Below, one piece after another: positions 45,208 to 56,227 of a stretch of 64,000 nucleotides of DNA. Origin of the DNA: Thermodesulfovibrionales bacterium (GTDB lineage Bacteria > Nitrospirota > Thermodesulfovibrionia > Thermodesulfovibrionales > SM23-35). The position numbers and the translations under genes are program-made. The stretch is from contig CAVQRT010000002.1 of the NCBI GenBank assembly GCA_963715195.1, forward strand, positions 288,001-352,000, written 5' to 3'. A model generated the notes under the pieces. The model had not been told where the DNA came from, searched no databases, and worked only from the letters and a program-made list of their open reading frames with translations. How positions within the stretch are numbered: the first letter of the stretch is position 1; each line of letters starts with the position of its first letter.

Positions 45208-45912
45208 ATGTCAGCGAAAAAGTGTATCCTCCTGTTTATAAAGTCACCGGAAACTGGTATGGTCAAATCGCGTCTTGCAAGGGATGTGAATGAATCCATG
45301 GCACTTTCCCTGTACAAGCATTTTGTTCTTGATATTCTGCAAACCATGCAAACAAGCAGGTATCCCCTGAAAATCTGTTACTATCCGCCTGATGCTTTGG
45401 AGAAAGTATCTGCATGGCTTGGGAAGGGGTATTCATACACCCCCCAGAACGGCAAAGACCTGGGTGAGAGGATGAAGAATGCTTTTCTTGAAGCATTTTC
45501 CGGAGGATTTACCCCTGTAGTGCTTGTCGGGAGTGATATCCCGGATTTGACCGGCTCCATCGCAGACAAAGCCCTCGACCTCAATCCTTACGATGCAGTC
45601 ATTGGTCCTTCCCATGATGGAGGTTATTATTTGATAGGTTTTAAGCAGGACACATTCATTCCCGCAATATTCGAAAAAATGCCCTGGGGCACGGACAAGG
45701 TCTTCCGGAAAACCATGACATTCTTTCGCAAGAAAAACTATACGGTTCATATCCTGCCCGAAAGGCGGGATATTGACCGGATTGAAGACCTTATGGCATT
45801 TGCAGAGCGCAAAAGAAATACCGGCTTCGCAGACTCAGGAACCATGCTGTTTATCAGGAATAATTGCGAAGCCCTCTTCGGGAAGATAAAAAACCCGAAG
45901 AAAATACGATGA
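45208..45912 (+). CDS. DUF2064/TIGR04282-like nucleotidyl/glycosyltransferase (GT-A fold)
   Basis: FIKSPETGMVKSRL, Q.GKDLGERM, VGSDIP, GPSHDGGYYLIG, PWGT, DIDRIEDL. Confidence 0.85.
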   Translation: MSAKKCILLFIKSPETGMVKSRLARDVNESMALSLYKHFVLDILQTMQTSRYPLKICYYPPDALEKVSAWLGKGYSYTPQNGKDLGERMKNAFLEAFSGGFTPVVLVGSDIPDLTGSIADKALDLNPYDAVIGPSHDGGYYLIGFKQDTFIPAIFEKMPWGTDKVFRKTMTFFRKKNYTVHILPERRDIDRIEDLMAFAERKRNTGFADSGTMLFIRNNCEALFGKIKNPKKIR

Positions 45913-45959
45913 TAGAAGATTTCTGGATGTGGCTTTTAGCTGACCTCCCTTCCTCGTAA

Positions 45960-46193
45960 TTACTCGGGCAAAAGGGAATGTTCTTTCAGAGTCTTGACCA
46001 TATGGTCAAAATCACCCCGGTATTGAGCTGCAAGCTTGATAACGGCATCATAAATTTCCATCGTTCCAACCTTATCGACCTTTGTGAGAAAATTTTCGAA
46101 CAGATCTTCGAAAATTTTCCTTTTTTCCTTGTCAAGATAGGAATCTTCGTAGGAATGAAAGATCCCCATAGCAATTTTTTTAATGTCTTCCAT
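45960..46193 (-). CDS. Small hypothetical protein (77 aa)
   Basis: AAAGGAG RBS before ATG 46193; helical-looking sequence. Confidence 0.65.
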   Translation of the reverse strand: MEDIKKIAMGIFHSYEDSYLDKEKRKIFEDLFENFLTKVDKVGTMEIYDAVIKLAAQYRGDFDHMVKTLKEHSLLPE

Positions 46194-46203
46194 ATACGCT
46201 CCT

Positions 46204-47661
46204 TTATTTTCTCCCGCTTCCCAGTATCGAACCGAGCACTCCCCTGATGATCTGGCGGCCGATCTGGCTCCCGATCGCATGTGCAGCACTTTTTGCCACT
46301 GCTTCGAAGAGCGTTTTCTTCTGGGTTTTTGGTTCACCCTTGGGGCCGGCTGCTGGCATGTCCTGCTGCACCTTCGCCTGCCCGGCTCTCTCCTTCAATA
46401 TTTCATAAGCAGATTCCCTATCAACGCTTCTCTCATAATGCCCCGCAAGAAGCGATTGCTGCAAAATGCGGGAGCGCTCCTGCTGGTCGAGCGGGAGGAG
46501 GCGGCTCTTCGGGGGCAAGATAAATGCCCTCTCCACAACAGACGGTGAACCTTTTCTGTCAAGAAATGATACCAGTGCTTCGCCAACACCAAGTTCCGTG
46601 ATAACCCGGACAACGTCAAGTCCGGGATTCGGACGAAAGGTCTCTGCGGCAGCCTTGACAGCCTTCTGATCTTTCGCGGTAAAAGCCCGGAGGGCATGCT
46701 GAACCCTGTTGCCGAGTTGTCCAAGTATTGTTTCAGGAAGATCCAGAGGGTTCTGCGTGACAAAATACACTCCGACCCCTTTTGACCGAATGAGACGGAC
46801 AACCTGTTCTATTTTTTCAACGAGCACCTTCGGTGTATCATCGAAAAGCAAATGCGCCTCATCGAAGAAAAAGACGAATTTCGGTTTTGGGGGATCCCCC
46901 ACTTCCGGAAGCTGTTCGAACAGTTCCGAGAGCATCCAGAGGAGGAGTGTCGCATAAACCCTGGGAGACTGTATCAGTTTGTCTGCGGCCATGATATTGA
47001 TCATGCCTTTTCCGCTGCTGTCCGTCTGCATAACATCAAAGAGGTTCAGCACAGGTTCACCGAATAAGCTGTCACCTCCCTGATCCTCAAGTGCAAGGAG
47101 ATTGCGCTGAATAGCTCCGATGCTTGCGGTAGAGATATTGCCGTACCCGGTTGTGAACCGTGAAGCATTGTCTCCGGCGAATTGCACGATTGCCCGCAGG
47201 TCCTTGAGATCGAGCAGAAGGAGGCCGTTGTCATCAGCGATTCTGAAAATGAGACTGAGCACCCCACTCTGGATATCGTTGAGATTCAGGATGCGGCTCA
47301 GGAGAAGCGGCCCCATCTCGGATATTGTTGTGCGGACAGGGTGTCCGAGCTGTCCGAAAACGTCCCAAAAGATCACCGGGAACCCCTTAAAGACAAAATC
47401 ATCAAGACCTAACTGCAAGACACGCTCCTTCACCTTGCTGCTGTCACCTCCGGGGGAAGCGATACCCGAGAGATCACCTTTGACATCGGCCATGAAAACG
47501 GGGACTCCGATTTCGCTGAAATGTTCGGCCATAACCCGGAGAGAAACTGTTTTGCCGGTCCCGGTAGCCCCGGCAATCAAACCATGACGGTTGGCCATGT
47601 GAGAGAGAACCGGCAAGAAATCTTTCGCTTTTGCAAGAATCAGTTCTTCTGAATTATTCAT
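46204..47661 (-). CDS. DUF853/YjgR HerA-like P-loop ATPase
   Basis: [45 protein letters not shown]. Confidence 0.9.
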   Translation of the reverse strand: MNNSEELILAKAKDFLPVLSHMANRHGLIAGATGTGKTVSLRVMAEHFSEIGVPVFMADVKGDLSGIASPGGDSSKVKERVLQLGLDDFVFKGFPVIFWDVFGQLGHPVRTTISEMGPLLLSRILNLNDIQSGVLSLIFRIADDNGLLLLDLKDLRAIVQFAGDNASRFTTGYGNISTASIGAIQRNLLALEDQGGDSLFGEPVLNLFDVMQTDSSGKGMINIMAADKLIQSPRVYATLLLWMLSELFEQLPEVGDPPKPKFVFFFDEAHLLFDDTPKVLVEKIEQVVRLIRSKGVGVYFVTQNPLDLPETILGQLGNRVQHALRAFTAKDQKAVKAAAETFRPNPGLDVVRVITELGVGEALVSFLDRKGSPSVVERAFILPPKSRLLPLDQQERSRILQQSLLAGHYERSVDRESAYEILKERAGQAKVQQDMPAAGPKGEPKTQKKTLFEAVAKSAAHAIGSQIGRQIIRGVLGSILGSGRK

Positions 47662-47742
47662 GGCATACTCTCTGTATTAGGATTTTTGAAGATGCTTTCC
47701 GGTGCTGTGTATTATACTAATCCTTCTGAAGATATGACACCT

Positions 47743-48507
47743 CTAAATCTCTACGATCTCCAGATCATCGACTGAAGTAATGAGCGGCTTTTCCAGATCC
47801 ACGATGGCAACATGACGTTCAAAGGTGTAGTAGAAAGAGGTCATTAAGGTAAGACATCGCTTGTGAAAAATGACGGGGTTGATATTCGGCTGGTGTGATC
47901 TGATGAGCACCTGCAATCCAAGCTTCTTCATCGTGCGCATGAAATAGTCCTCTCCATATACAGGCCTGCCCCCCCGGTCGCCAAGGAACTCACCGGGCTG
48001 CTCGATAAAATCCCCCCACATAAGCTGCAGCCAGTGCTCGCTGCAGAGCTGAACCGTATTGATTTCCTCCAGACTTTCAAGATCAGGCGTCGCGCCATGG
48101 ACAGCGCAAAGCCCGTTTCTCGTGACTGCAGCAAAAGAGAACAATTTGCATATTTCTGAAAAGTATTCATACTCTCGCGGAGAAAGGCTTTCCCAGAAAT
48201 CGGCAGGGCTGAACGGTACCGAACAGTAGCCCTCGTGGTTTCCGGCAAGAAGAAAGATCCGGTCAGGAGCTTCTGCTTTCCTTTTCAGAAGAAATTCTAT
48301 ATTTTCGAGGGAATTATCTCCCCGGTCGACATAATCGCCGAGGAAAACAAGAGTATATCCGGGCCTGAAGTAGAGGCGGAAAATGGTCTCCGTGGCATCA
48401 AAATCACCGTGCGTATCCCCGATAAAGACGGCCTTCCCTGTTTCCGGAAGACGGACGAGCCGGCTTTCACGGGAGAGGATTTCCTGTATAGACGCAGATT
48501 TGTCCAT
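47743..48507 (-). CDS. PPP-type (calcineurin-like) Ser/Thr protein phosphatase
   Basis: GDTHG, GDYVDRG, GNHE, VHG, RSHQ. Confidence 0.88.
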   Translation of the reverse strand: MDKSASIQEILSRESRLVRLPETGKAVFIGDTHGDFDATETIFRLYFRPGYTLVFLGDYVDRGDNSLENIEFLLKRKAEAPDRIFLLAGNHEGYCSVPFSPADFWESLSPREYEYFSEICKLFSFAAVTRNGLCAVHGATPDLESLEEINTVQLCSEHWLQLMWGDFIEQPGEFLGDRGGRPVYGEDYFMRTMKKLGLQVLIRSHQPNINPVIFHKRCLTLMTSFYYTFERHVAIVDLEKPLITSVDDLEIVEI

Positions 48508-48519
48508 GCAGGCCTCTTG

Positions 48520-50019
48520 TCAGTCTTCGAACTGCGTAATTTTCAGCACAGCACCTGCTTCGCTGACATTCCTGTTAAATTCTTCAATCAGCCGCTTGAG
48601 CATGAGCTGCTGCTGCTCCTGATATACGAGGAACATGCCGATCGTCTTCTGCTGAGCGCAAAAATCGGACTCGACCCGAACCCCCAATTTTTCTGAAAGC
48701 GGCTTGAGCAGACCGATCACTTCAGAAAGATTGCTGAACCGTACAGCAGGGTCTTTCCTGATCGATCTCATGAAAAACGTATGCAGTTCCTCCGGAAGAT
48801 CGGGTAATATGCCGTGCGTGTCAAGGACCTCCTCGTTCATATGCCAGTTGATCAGGACCTTCATGTCATCTCCTGAAACCGGCAACCCGCCAGTCAACAT
48901 CTCATATACGGTAATCCCGAGGGAATAAATATCCGTGCGTTCATCAACAGGGTCCCCCTTGATCTGTTCAGGGGAAATATAATAGATCGTGCCCGGGAAG
49001 AGGAAATTTGTATCAATGCTGCCCGTCCGGCAAGCTAATCCGAAATCAATAATCTTCACGCTCCCATCGGGCTGCACAAAGATATTTTTTGGATTGATAT
49101 CCTGATGAATAATTCCATGGCTGTGCGCATACTCCAGACCATAACAAACCTGAAGAACGATGTCGAGGGTTTTTGCAGGCGACAATTTTTTGGTGTTGTC
49201 CAACATCTGCCTGAGAGGAATGCCTTCAAGATACTCCATGACGATAAACACCGTGCGGTACAGTTCCTCAATATCGTATACCCGCATGATCTGCGGGTGG
49301 TTCAGTTGTGCTATAATCTTCGCTTCATTCGAAAATATATTGATAAAATCGGGGTCCATGGCTATTTCATGCTTTAACATTTTGATTGCAACCGGCAATT
49401 TAAGTATGCTGTGGAATCCTTTATAAATTATACTGGACCCTCCGTCGCCTATTTTTTCGGTTATAATGTACTTGCCTATCTTTTTCTCGACCGTTATTTT
49501 CGATGTGCTCAGCCTGTGCGTGACTATTTCGGACAAATACCCCCTGAATTCAGGATATTGCTGTGATAGTATTTCAAATTGCTCCTTGCTCATGCTCAGC
49601 ACATCCATATCTGTTTCAGCCTCGACACTGGCACCACGTTTTTCACCGGTAAAAACTGCCATCTCTCCGACTAAATCCCCCGGACTAAGCTGTGCTATGG
49701 TAAAGAGCACATCGTCTTTTTTTAGACGAACAGTACAGGTACCTTTCAGAATAAGATAGAACCTGTCCGCTTCTTCGCCCTGCCGCAAGAACTGCTCCCC
49801 TTTTGGAATTCTTTGAAACTCCATCTGACTCAGGAGCGCCTGGGTCGTCTCCCGTGACAGGGCATTCGTCAGTTCTGAACACAACGTAATCTCAAGACCG
49901 TACGGCACCTGATGGTCTGCACCGGCGGGGTCCTGCCGGGGCAGATCTATCTCAAGAAAATAGCAGGCAGATTGGGAACCGGAAGGGGAGATCTTCTTTA
50001 CTGTTCCATTCGGCGTCAT
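48520..50019 (-). CDS. cNMP-binding domain + Hanks-type Ser/Thr kinase
   Basis: cNMP domain QGEEAD..GEMA..RGASV; kinase IGDGG, VAIK, HQDINPKN, DFG, YISPEQ, DIYSLG. Confidence 0.88.
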   Translation of the reverse strand: MTPNGTVKKISPSGSQSACYFLEIDLPRQDPAGADHQVPYGLEITLCSELTNALSRETTQALLSQMEFQRIPKGEQFLRQGEEADRFYLILKGTCTVRLKKDDVLFTIAQLSPGDLVGEMAVFTGEKRGASVEAETDMDVLSMSKEQFEILSQQYPEFRGYLSEIVTHRLSTSKITVEKKIGKYIITEKIGDGGSSIIYKGFHSILKLPVAIKMLKHEIAMDPDFINIFSNEAKIIAQLNHPQIMRVYDIEELYRTVFIVMEYLEGIPLRQMLDNTKKLSPAKTLDIVLQVCYGLEYAHSHGIIHQDINPKNIFVQPDGSVKIIDFGLACRTGSIDTNFLFPGTIYYISPEQIKGDPVDERTDIYSLGITVYEMLTGGLPVSGDDMKVLINWHMNEEVLDTHGILPDLPEELHTFFMRSIRKDPAVRFSNLSEVIGLLKPLSEKLGVRVESDFCAQQKTIGMFLVYQEQQQLMLKRLIEEFNRNVSEAGAVLKITQFED

Positions 50020-50453
50020 TTTTTAATTTCTGAAAGGCGAACCCGAGTCATTCAGCAATGCATGAATAATGCGACCTTTTCTTATTATACACAACGATAG
50101 CAATTTTAGACGTTGTCGAAGAGGCACTTTATGGGAAACGCACGGAAAGCCTGTAGCAAGAAATGACATATACCTGTACCCTCGTATCCTACGCCCGGGC
50201 ATAAAGATCCACTTATACTTCAATGTCGAAAATGTATCGTAACTTTTTCAAGCAGCCCGGCGAGACATAAACCCGCAAACCCTGCAAACGGGTGTTTGAC
50301 GTACAATCTTGCGGGAGAGGACCCGAAGAATGCATTGGTCAGTGCTCAGCAAAAAACAAGCAAAAAATTATAGACTATGGTTAGATATGAACTATAAGTT
50401 CGTGCTCTGTGCACCAGGGCAATCTCACAGAACAATAGAGAAGGAGACAATAT

Positions 50454-50633
50454 ATGAGTATTCTCCCTGAAGGTGAACAACTCAGAAGAGCCGTCAAGTG
50501 GATATCGGATGAACGTCTTGACAATCCGAACGTCAGCCTGTCAAAACTGATCGGCGATGCCTGTCTGAAATTTGACCTGCCTCCCAAGGATGCAGAATTT
50601 CTCAGTCATTTCTTTACGGAAAAAGATCAATAA
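50454..50633 (+). CDS. Conserved-looking small protein (59 aa) absent from the ORF track
   Basis: AAGGAG RBS; MSILPEGEQLRRAVKWISDERLDNPNVSLSKLIGDACLKFDLPPKDAEFLSHFFTEKDQ. Confidence 0.72.
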   Translation: MSILPEGEQLRRAVKWISDERLDNPNVSLSKLIGDACLKFDLPPKDAEFLSHFFTEKDQ

Positions 50634-50815
50634 AAAGCAGCCCTGTGAATTTTGCGGGATAGCGCCTGGACGGAAACGAGGGATTTTCATTTCTCAATTA
50701 TTTACATAAGAAATCCGCATCATTTTCAAGAATATTCGAAAAAGCCTTGTTAAAGATTATTCCCCGGGGATACCTATTTGCGAGCTGTCTTGAATCCGCT
50801 GTTAGCTTAGCGTTT

Positions 50816-51433
50816 CTATTTCATTGGTCCGCCGCCCATCCAGGGCACAATAGGCATGTCCATCTTTTTGTATCCTGTGGGTACCTCGAATACTGAATCA
50901 GCAACGCTACCTTTCTTAATGTTCTTCCAGACGGTCGTCATCTTCTTATCTTCAGACTCATATTTCACCGGAAAGTTGCCCAGATCAGTTGCCTCCCAGA
51001 TATATCCTGATTTTTCTTTTTTGCCGTTTGAAGTTATCGTCAGATGATATTTCTTTGCCGGGTGCTTATCAACAACTTCATTAGCAATGAACTCCTTGTC
51101 CGTCTTACTATTCGGATCATGGATCTTTGACTGTATATCCTGCTTGCTCATATCAAGCGGAATCTCCATATAGGTCTTGCTGTCAACCATCAGCATCCAC
51201 ATGACCTTCCTGTCAGGCCTAATGATATTAATAGACTTGTACCCCTGAGTGTTGCTCTCCATCCTCATTTTCCCGTCTTTAAAGAACATCTTAGAGGTAA
51301 AAGAACCTTGCGCTGTTGTGGTCTCCATATCAGCAGAATAGTTTTCGAAGGTGCCCGGATTAGCTCCAAACGCCGTAACGGCAAATAAAGACAACGCAAA
51401 GATACGCGCCACTTGGACCAGTGCTTTTTTCAT
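50816..51433 (-). CDS. DUF4412-like exported protein
   Basis: AAAGGAG RBS, signal peptide, KMRME, IIRPDRKVMW..KTYME, FEVPTGYKKM. Confidence 0.72.
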   Translation of the reverse strand: MKKALVQVARIFALSLFAVTAFGANPGTFENYSADMETTTAQGSFTSKMFFKDGKMRMESNTQGYKSINIIRPDRKVMWMLMVDSKTYMEIPLDMSKQDIQSKIHDPNSKTDKEFIANEVVDKHPAKKYHLTITSNGKKEKSGYIWEATDLGNFPVKYESEDKKMTTVWKNIKKGSVADSVFEVPTGYKKMDMPIVPWMGGGPMK

Positions 51434-51771
51434 GAGACAGTCTCCTTTCAAAATTTCCCAGAATGAACATACTGGGCTATCATGTTTATTTATCGCCCAC
51501 ATTTTTTTAGGATTATTTTCGCTCTCCATACGAATCTTGCTATAAATTAGATAAAGCAATAACACTTGTCAATAGGTGACGTTGACGGTCCTTAGCAAAA
51601 AAGAGAGCAAACTGAATATCTTGTGTTACTTCCTGGAATTGATGCCTTGTCAGCTCTCTACAGAGAAAACAGTTCATGTGGTAAGTAATAAGCACCAACA
51701 AATATTTTAAATGCTATCTATCTCCCGTACAAATGTGCAAGACCACCTGGTTCCGTAAGTTCTCTCCCTAA

Positions 51772-52257
51772 CTATTTTTTGAATCTATCATCTGCCTTAT
51801 GTTGATGTGCGTTTTTAACTTTTTGAGACAGCCATCCAATTTTTTCCGCCTGAATACCATCAAATTCCGGGACATACGGTTTAATATCCAATAAAGGTGT
51901 TCCATCAACAATATCAACATTCTCTATGGAAAGAATGTTTCCCTCAATTTTCAACAATCTGACTATTGATATTCCCAGGGGGTTTGGACGTTTTGGAGCA
52001 CGAGTGGCAAAAACTCCATGAAGCGCATCATCCAAAAATGGTTTCACTATTAACGAGTATCCAGTGGACAAATGAAAGTGATATATCAGAATGATGTGAG
52101 AAAATCCATCCAGATTTTTGAGACCTTCAACATATTCTTTCTGCATTACAATTGTTCCTGTAATCCCCTTGGCACCTGATGGCTGTATCGGCATACCCTT
52201 CGTATCTTTAAAAGGAGAATGAATTATACCTATTGGATTAAATGCTATTTCACGCAT
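51772..52257 (-). CDS. trmO: tRNA m6t6A37 methyltransferase TrmO/TsaA family
   Basis: PIGIIHSPF, GFSHI, GVFATRAPKRPNPLG, DGTPLLDIKPY. Confidence 0.9.
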   Translation of the reverse strand: MREIAFNPIGIIHSPFKDTKGMPIQPSGAKGITGTIVMQKEYVEGLKNLDGFSHIILIYHFHLSTGYSLIVKPFLDDALHGVFATRAPKRPNPLGISIVRLLKIEGNILSIENVDIVDGTPLLDIKPYVPEFDGIQAEKIGWLSQKVKNAHQHKADDRFKK

Positions 52258-52531
52258 ACATAATTCTACAATATTCCTCAATTAAGATTGGCTTCCTCTA
52301 TGAGAAAAATGCTGGGTTCCCTTTGGGGCAAAAAATGCACAGGCATTCCAGAGTTTATGAAAGACAACCGTTCTTCCTGTAGTCCTCCCCGTTGGAACCT
52401 GATATAATGGTGGATAGTTTCACTGGTAAAGAATAGGGAATAGAGAGAACCTTCCGAGAAAGGAAGAACCAATCATGAAACGCTCTTCGGACAGAAGAGA
52501 GAGAAGGATTCAATGGTTGGATTAAGGTATT

Positions 52532-53428
52532 ATGGGAACGCTATTCCGTAGGAATTTATCTAAGCTAACTTTCTGCATGCTCCTCATCTGTATTCTGCTC
52601 TTTGACGGAACAGCAGAGGCATCTTACCGGGAGTTTGAGCTCTTTGACCATGCCTATTATTCTTATCTGTCGTATCGGCCGGAAAAGGCAGTCGAAGAAT
52701 TCAGGATATTTCTTGAAGAGTTCCCTGACAGTTCTGCTAAAGATGCAGCGCTGTTCTGGCTTGCAAAATCACTCCTCCAGATAAAATCCATAGAAGAGGC
52801 AAAGAAGACCTTTGCATATGTAAGAGAACAGTTTCCGGAAAGTCCGTTCATCCGTTGCATTGCAAAAGAATTGGAAACGATAGGTAATGCATCGGAAGAG
52901 CACAGTTCTGTGAAGGTTACGGTAGATGGGGAAGCAGGACAAAAGCCTACCGTGGCAGCAATACCTGTGGTACCAGCTGTAAGCACTGATCGAAAAACAC
53001 TTTATGTTGCGGATATTCGAAACGAAACAGACGGATCACAGATATTATTGGTTGAGGAGGGGGCAAAAACAGATATTTTGCTAAGGAGAGTGAAGGAACT
53101 CGAACAGAGAGCTGCCTCATCAGAGAAAGGCTCTGATAGAGAGAAAAGAGCACAGGACATCCCTTCATCATCCGAGATGAAACACAATGAAAAGGCTACC
53201 GCTTATGCACTGCAGGTTGGCGCATTCAAGACGAAGGAGTCTGCTGTGACATTGAGAAAAAACCTGCAGAAAAAAATTTCAACTAAGAAGATTACCATCT
53301 GCCAGCAGGGGCACTTTTTCAAGGTCCGCATTACAGGATTTGATAATATTGAGGAAGTCAAATCGATGCTGAATTCAGGCATTGATGGCCTTTTGATTAA
53401 GACCGGCGAAAAAGCCTGCGGGATATAG
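52532..53428 (+). CDS. Exported TPR (CpoB/BamD-like) + SPOR domain protein
   Basis: Signal peptide, FLEEFPDS..ALFWLAK, C-terminal YALQVGAFK..FKVRI. Confidence 0.75.
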   Translation: MGTLFRRNLSKLTFCMLLICILLFDGTAEASYREFELFDHAYYSYLSYRPEKAVEEFRIFLEEFPDSSAKDAALFWLAKSLLQIKSIEEAKKTFAYVREQFPESPFIRCIAKELETIGNASEEHSSVKVTVDGEAGQKPTVAAIPVVPAVSTDRKTLYVADIRNETDGSQILLVEEGAKTDILLRRVKELEQRAASSEKGSDREKRAQDIPSSSEMKHNEKATAYALQVGAFKTKESAVTLRKNLQKKISTKKITICQQGHFFKVRITGFDNIEEVKSMLNSGIDGLLIKTGEKACGI

Positions 53429-53755
53429 AAAGTCAGTCCTTTGCACTTTTTAAATGCATTTTTTTGTTAATAATAGCACTTGGATATTAAACGGAGAATC
53501 CTGATTACTGAAGTGAAGTGCATATCAAGATAATCGGCTACTTCTGGTTGCCGGTATACATATCGCTATACTGCCTCGTGAATCTTTTTATTTCGCTTGC
53601 CGATATCCTAAATGATATCAGGTCGAAAGATGCACGATACCTCGTTGATAGTATATGGGGGAGCCGTTTCTTCCTTGTTGTTGATAACTTTCAAAAAATT
53701 TAAAAATGATGTAGGTTATACCCAGTAATCTCTATTGAGGATATCGGAGAGATTT

Positions 53756-54569
53756 ATGATTGATTTTTTTCAAAACCTCCATCCTGTGTTACAGGCTCTT
53801 ATTGCAACTTGTTTCACCTGGGGTTTGACTGCCCTTGGTGCAGCAGGCGTGTTTATAGCTAAGGAAATAAGCAAAAAAATACTTGATGCGATGCTTGGGT
53901 TTGCTGCGGGAGTTATGATTGCTGCAAGTTTTTGGTCACTTCTTGCTCCTGCCATTGTGATGTCAGAGGGAAAGGAAATTCCCGTTTGGGTGCCAGCTGC
54001 TGCCGGGCTTCCTTTTAGGGGGTATATTCTTAAGAGTGATAGATAAAATACTTCCTCATCTACACCTTGGATTCCCGATAGGAGAAGCTGAGGGAATTAA
54101 AACAAGTTGGCAGCGGAGCACTCTGCTTATCCTTGCCATCACATTGCATAATATTCCGGAAGGGCTTGCGGTAGGAGTCGCTTTTGGGGCAGTTGCTTCA
54201 GGTCTTCCCTCTGCTACCTTAGCAGGAGCTGTTGCATTAGCAATTGGTATCGGAATTCAGAATTTTCCAGAGGGCCTTGCGGTATCTCTGCCTCTGCGCC
54301 GTGAGGGGATGTCGCGCTTGAAAAGCTTCTGGTATGGGCAATTGTCTGCAGTAGTAGAGCCCATTGCAGGTGTTATTGGAGCGGCAGTCGTTATTATTGC
54401 AGAGCCCATTCTCCCGTATGCGTTGTCTTTTGCAGCTGGCGCCATGATATTTGTAGTAATTGAGGAACTCGTTCCAGAGTCACAGCGCGGAGGAAATACT
54501 GATTTAGCAACTGGAGGGGCAATGGTTGGGTTTGCGATAATGATGATACTTGATGTGGCTTTTGGTTGA
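53756..54569 (+). CDS. ZIP-family (GufA/ZupT) metal transporter with a +1 frameshift at ~54005-54008
   Basis: [39 protein letters not shown]; removing one base gives 270 aa. Confidence 0.88.
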
Positions 54570-54938
54570 ATATGTTATTTGTTGGGAATGTCTTAACCAA
54601 TAAAATCAAGAAAAGTGGTTGCTACCTTCGGGGTGAAAGACTCATAGGAATCTCAAGATATCAGAAACACACCTAATTCCTGAAACAGAGATTGATACTG
54701 TCAACTATTTTTTGGATTCCTGATAACTACAGTTTTTATTATTTCTTCAGACGTATTATTGGAAGCAGGTGCCGTTGAGAAAAATGCCGTGTTACCTGCG
54801 GGGCGAAAGATGAACGGTATCCCGAAGATCCTTAAGATGCAACCCCATTTTCTGAAATCTTTATTTAACTATTTATTATAATGGGGACAGACTTCATACA
54901 ATCAATAATAAACAGATATTATTCCTCAAGGATACTAA

Positions 54939-55142
54939 TTGGGTACTCTTAATAATATTTTCAGCCTTGTTTTTGGAATTAACCTTATTGTGGTTGGGTT
55001 GGTTGCACTCATAGTAGGCATTGTATCCTTGACAAAGCGAGATAAGTCCTTCAAGAAACTGACTTCAATCGTTTATATTATTGCTGGAGCTGCAGCTGTT
55101 TACTTTGGTATTGTTTTATCAAGAAGCTCTTTCAGCATGTGA
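54939..55142 (+). CDS. Small two-TM membrane protein
   Basis: Two hydrophobic helices; AAGGA before TTG. Confidence 0.5.
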   Translation: MGTLNNIFSLVFGINLIVVGLVALIVGIVSLTKRDKSFKKLTSIVYIIAGAAAVYFGIVLSRSSFSM

Positions 55143-55843
55143 CGATCCCCTCAAGATAATCTCGGTGCTGTTTTTCGGATTCCAATGTATAATCAAACAT
55201 TTGAAGGGCTTCCTTATGGTTCTCCGACTTTATCTGATCAATAAACAGTGGGCATGTCACATTAATATCTTTAATTTCCCTATCGGCAGCATTCCAGAGC
55301 GTCATGATAAGCAATTCCCCCCTCCTGTAATGCTGATTTAAAAATCTTGCCCCATAATGCGATATTTCGATTGGAAAACCTTAAATTGTAATTAAGGAAG
55401 TTATGAACTCATATCTATTGATTCTGTAAGAAAAATTCTGATACATAATGAAGCCAAACTCTTACAAAAAAATCAGAATTATACTGATACTTTACAGGTT
55501 TCGTGAGGTATATAGTTGATACAGAACGAAGGTGAATAAAAAAGCAAGTGAGCATTTCTCAATAATTCCTAACGTAGTGCATTAAATCAGCGAGCAAAAA
55601 AGTGTCTTTTGTGTTCTCAAGAAAATTGGGCAGAGATGAAGTCCTAAGATGAAACATCGCCCTGATTTGAAAGCTTATCCATTTTTATGAGGAGGTGGTG
55701 TCCTATGATTGTTCGGACAAGACTTCGGCGTTTGAGAGACGATCTTCAAATGATCTCTTTTGCTAAATGTTGTCATATAACCAGTAATGAAAGGTGTGCA
55801 ATTCCTGATATAAGATGATCAAAAACAGAAGGAGGAGGTTAAA

Positions 55844-56227
55844 ATGAAAAGGAACGTTTCAAAGCATTTTCCCCTATTGTTTTCGGTGGGTCTGGTGATT
55901 GCCTTTATGCTCGTCTTTTGTGGCGTGACAGGGGCTCAGCAATTTCCTGGCATTCCCAAACTTCCAGGTGGGCTCAATATCCCTAGTTTATCGGGCGCGA
56001 AAGCAGGGTTTGCCGGCTTGGACGCATTGAATACCGCGAAGGAATTATATGGGCAGAAGGACAAGGCAAGCTATCCGACTCCAAACATTGCGGTGAGTGG
56101 TAACCATATAGTCATTGCTTGGCCAAATGGGGTAGTAACAATAGAGACTATTGCTGATGACGGGACTCTAAAACGCACTGTTTTAGGACCCCCGTCTGAA
56201 AATAATATCCCCCCCGATAAAAAGTAA
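55844..56227 (+). CDS. Exported hypothetical protein
   Basis: Strong GGAGGAGG RBS and signal peptide. Confidence 0.7.
   Translation: MKRNVSKHFPLLFSVGLVIAFMLVFCGVTGAQQFPGIPKLPGGLNIPSLSGAKAGFAGLDALNTAKELYGQKDKASYPTPNIAVSGNHIVIAWPNGVVTIETIADDGTLKRTVLGPPSENNIPPDKK

Noticed and set aside
55132..55137. Cys-UGA at the end of the rubrerythrin-like fragment as another Sec codon
   Set aside because: There is no recognisable homology past the UGA and no clear hairpin, and read-through would run antisense into the neighbouring ORF.
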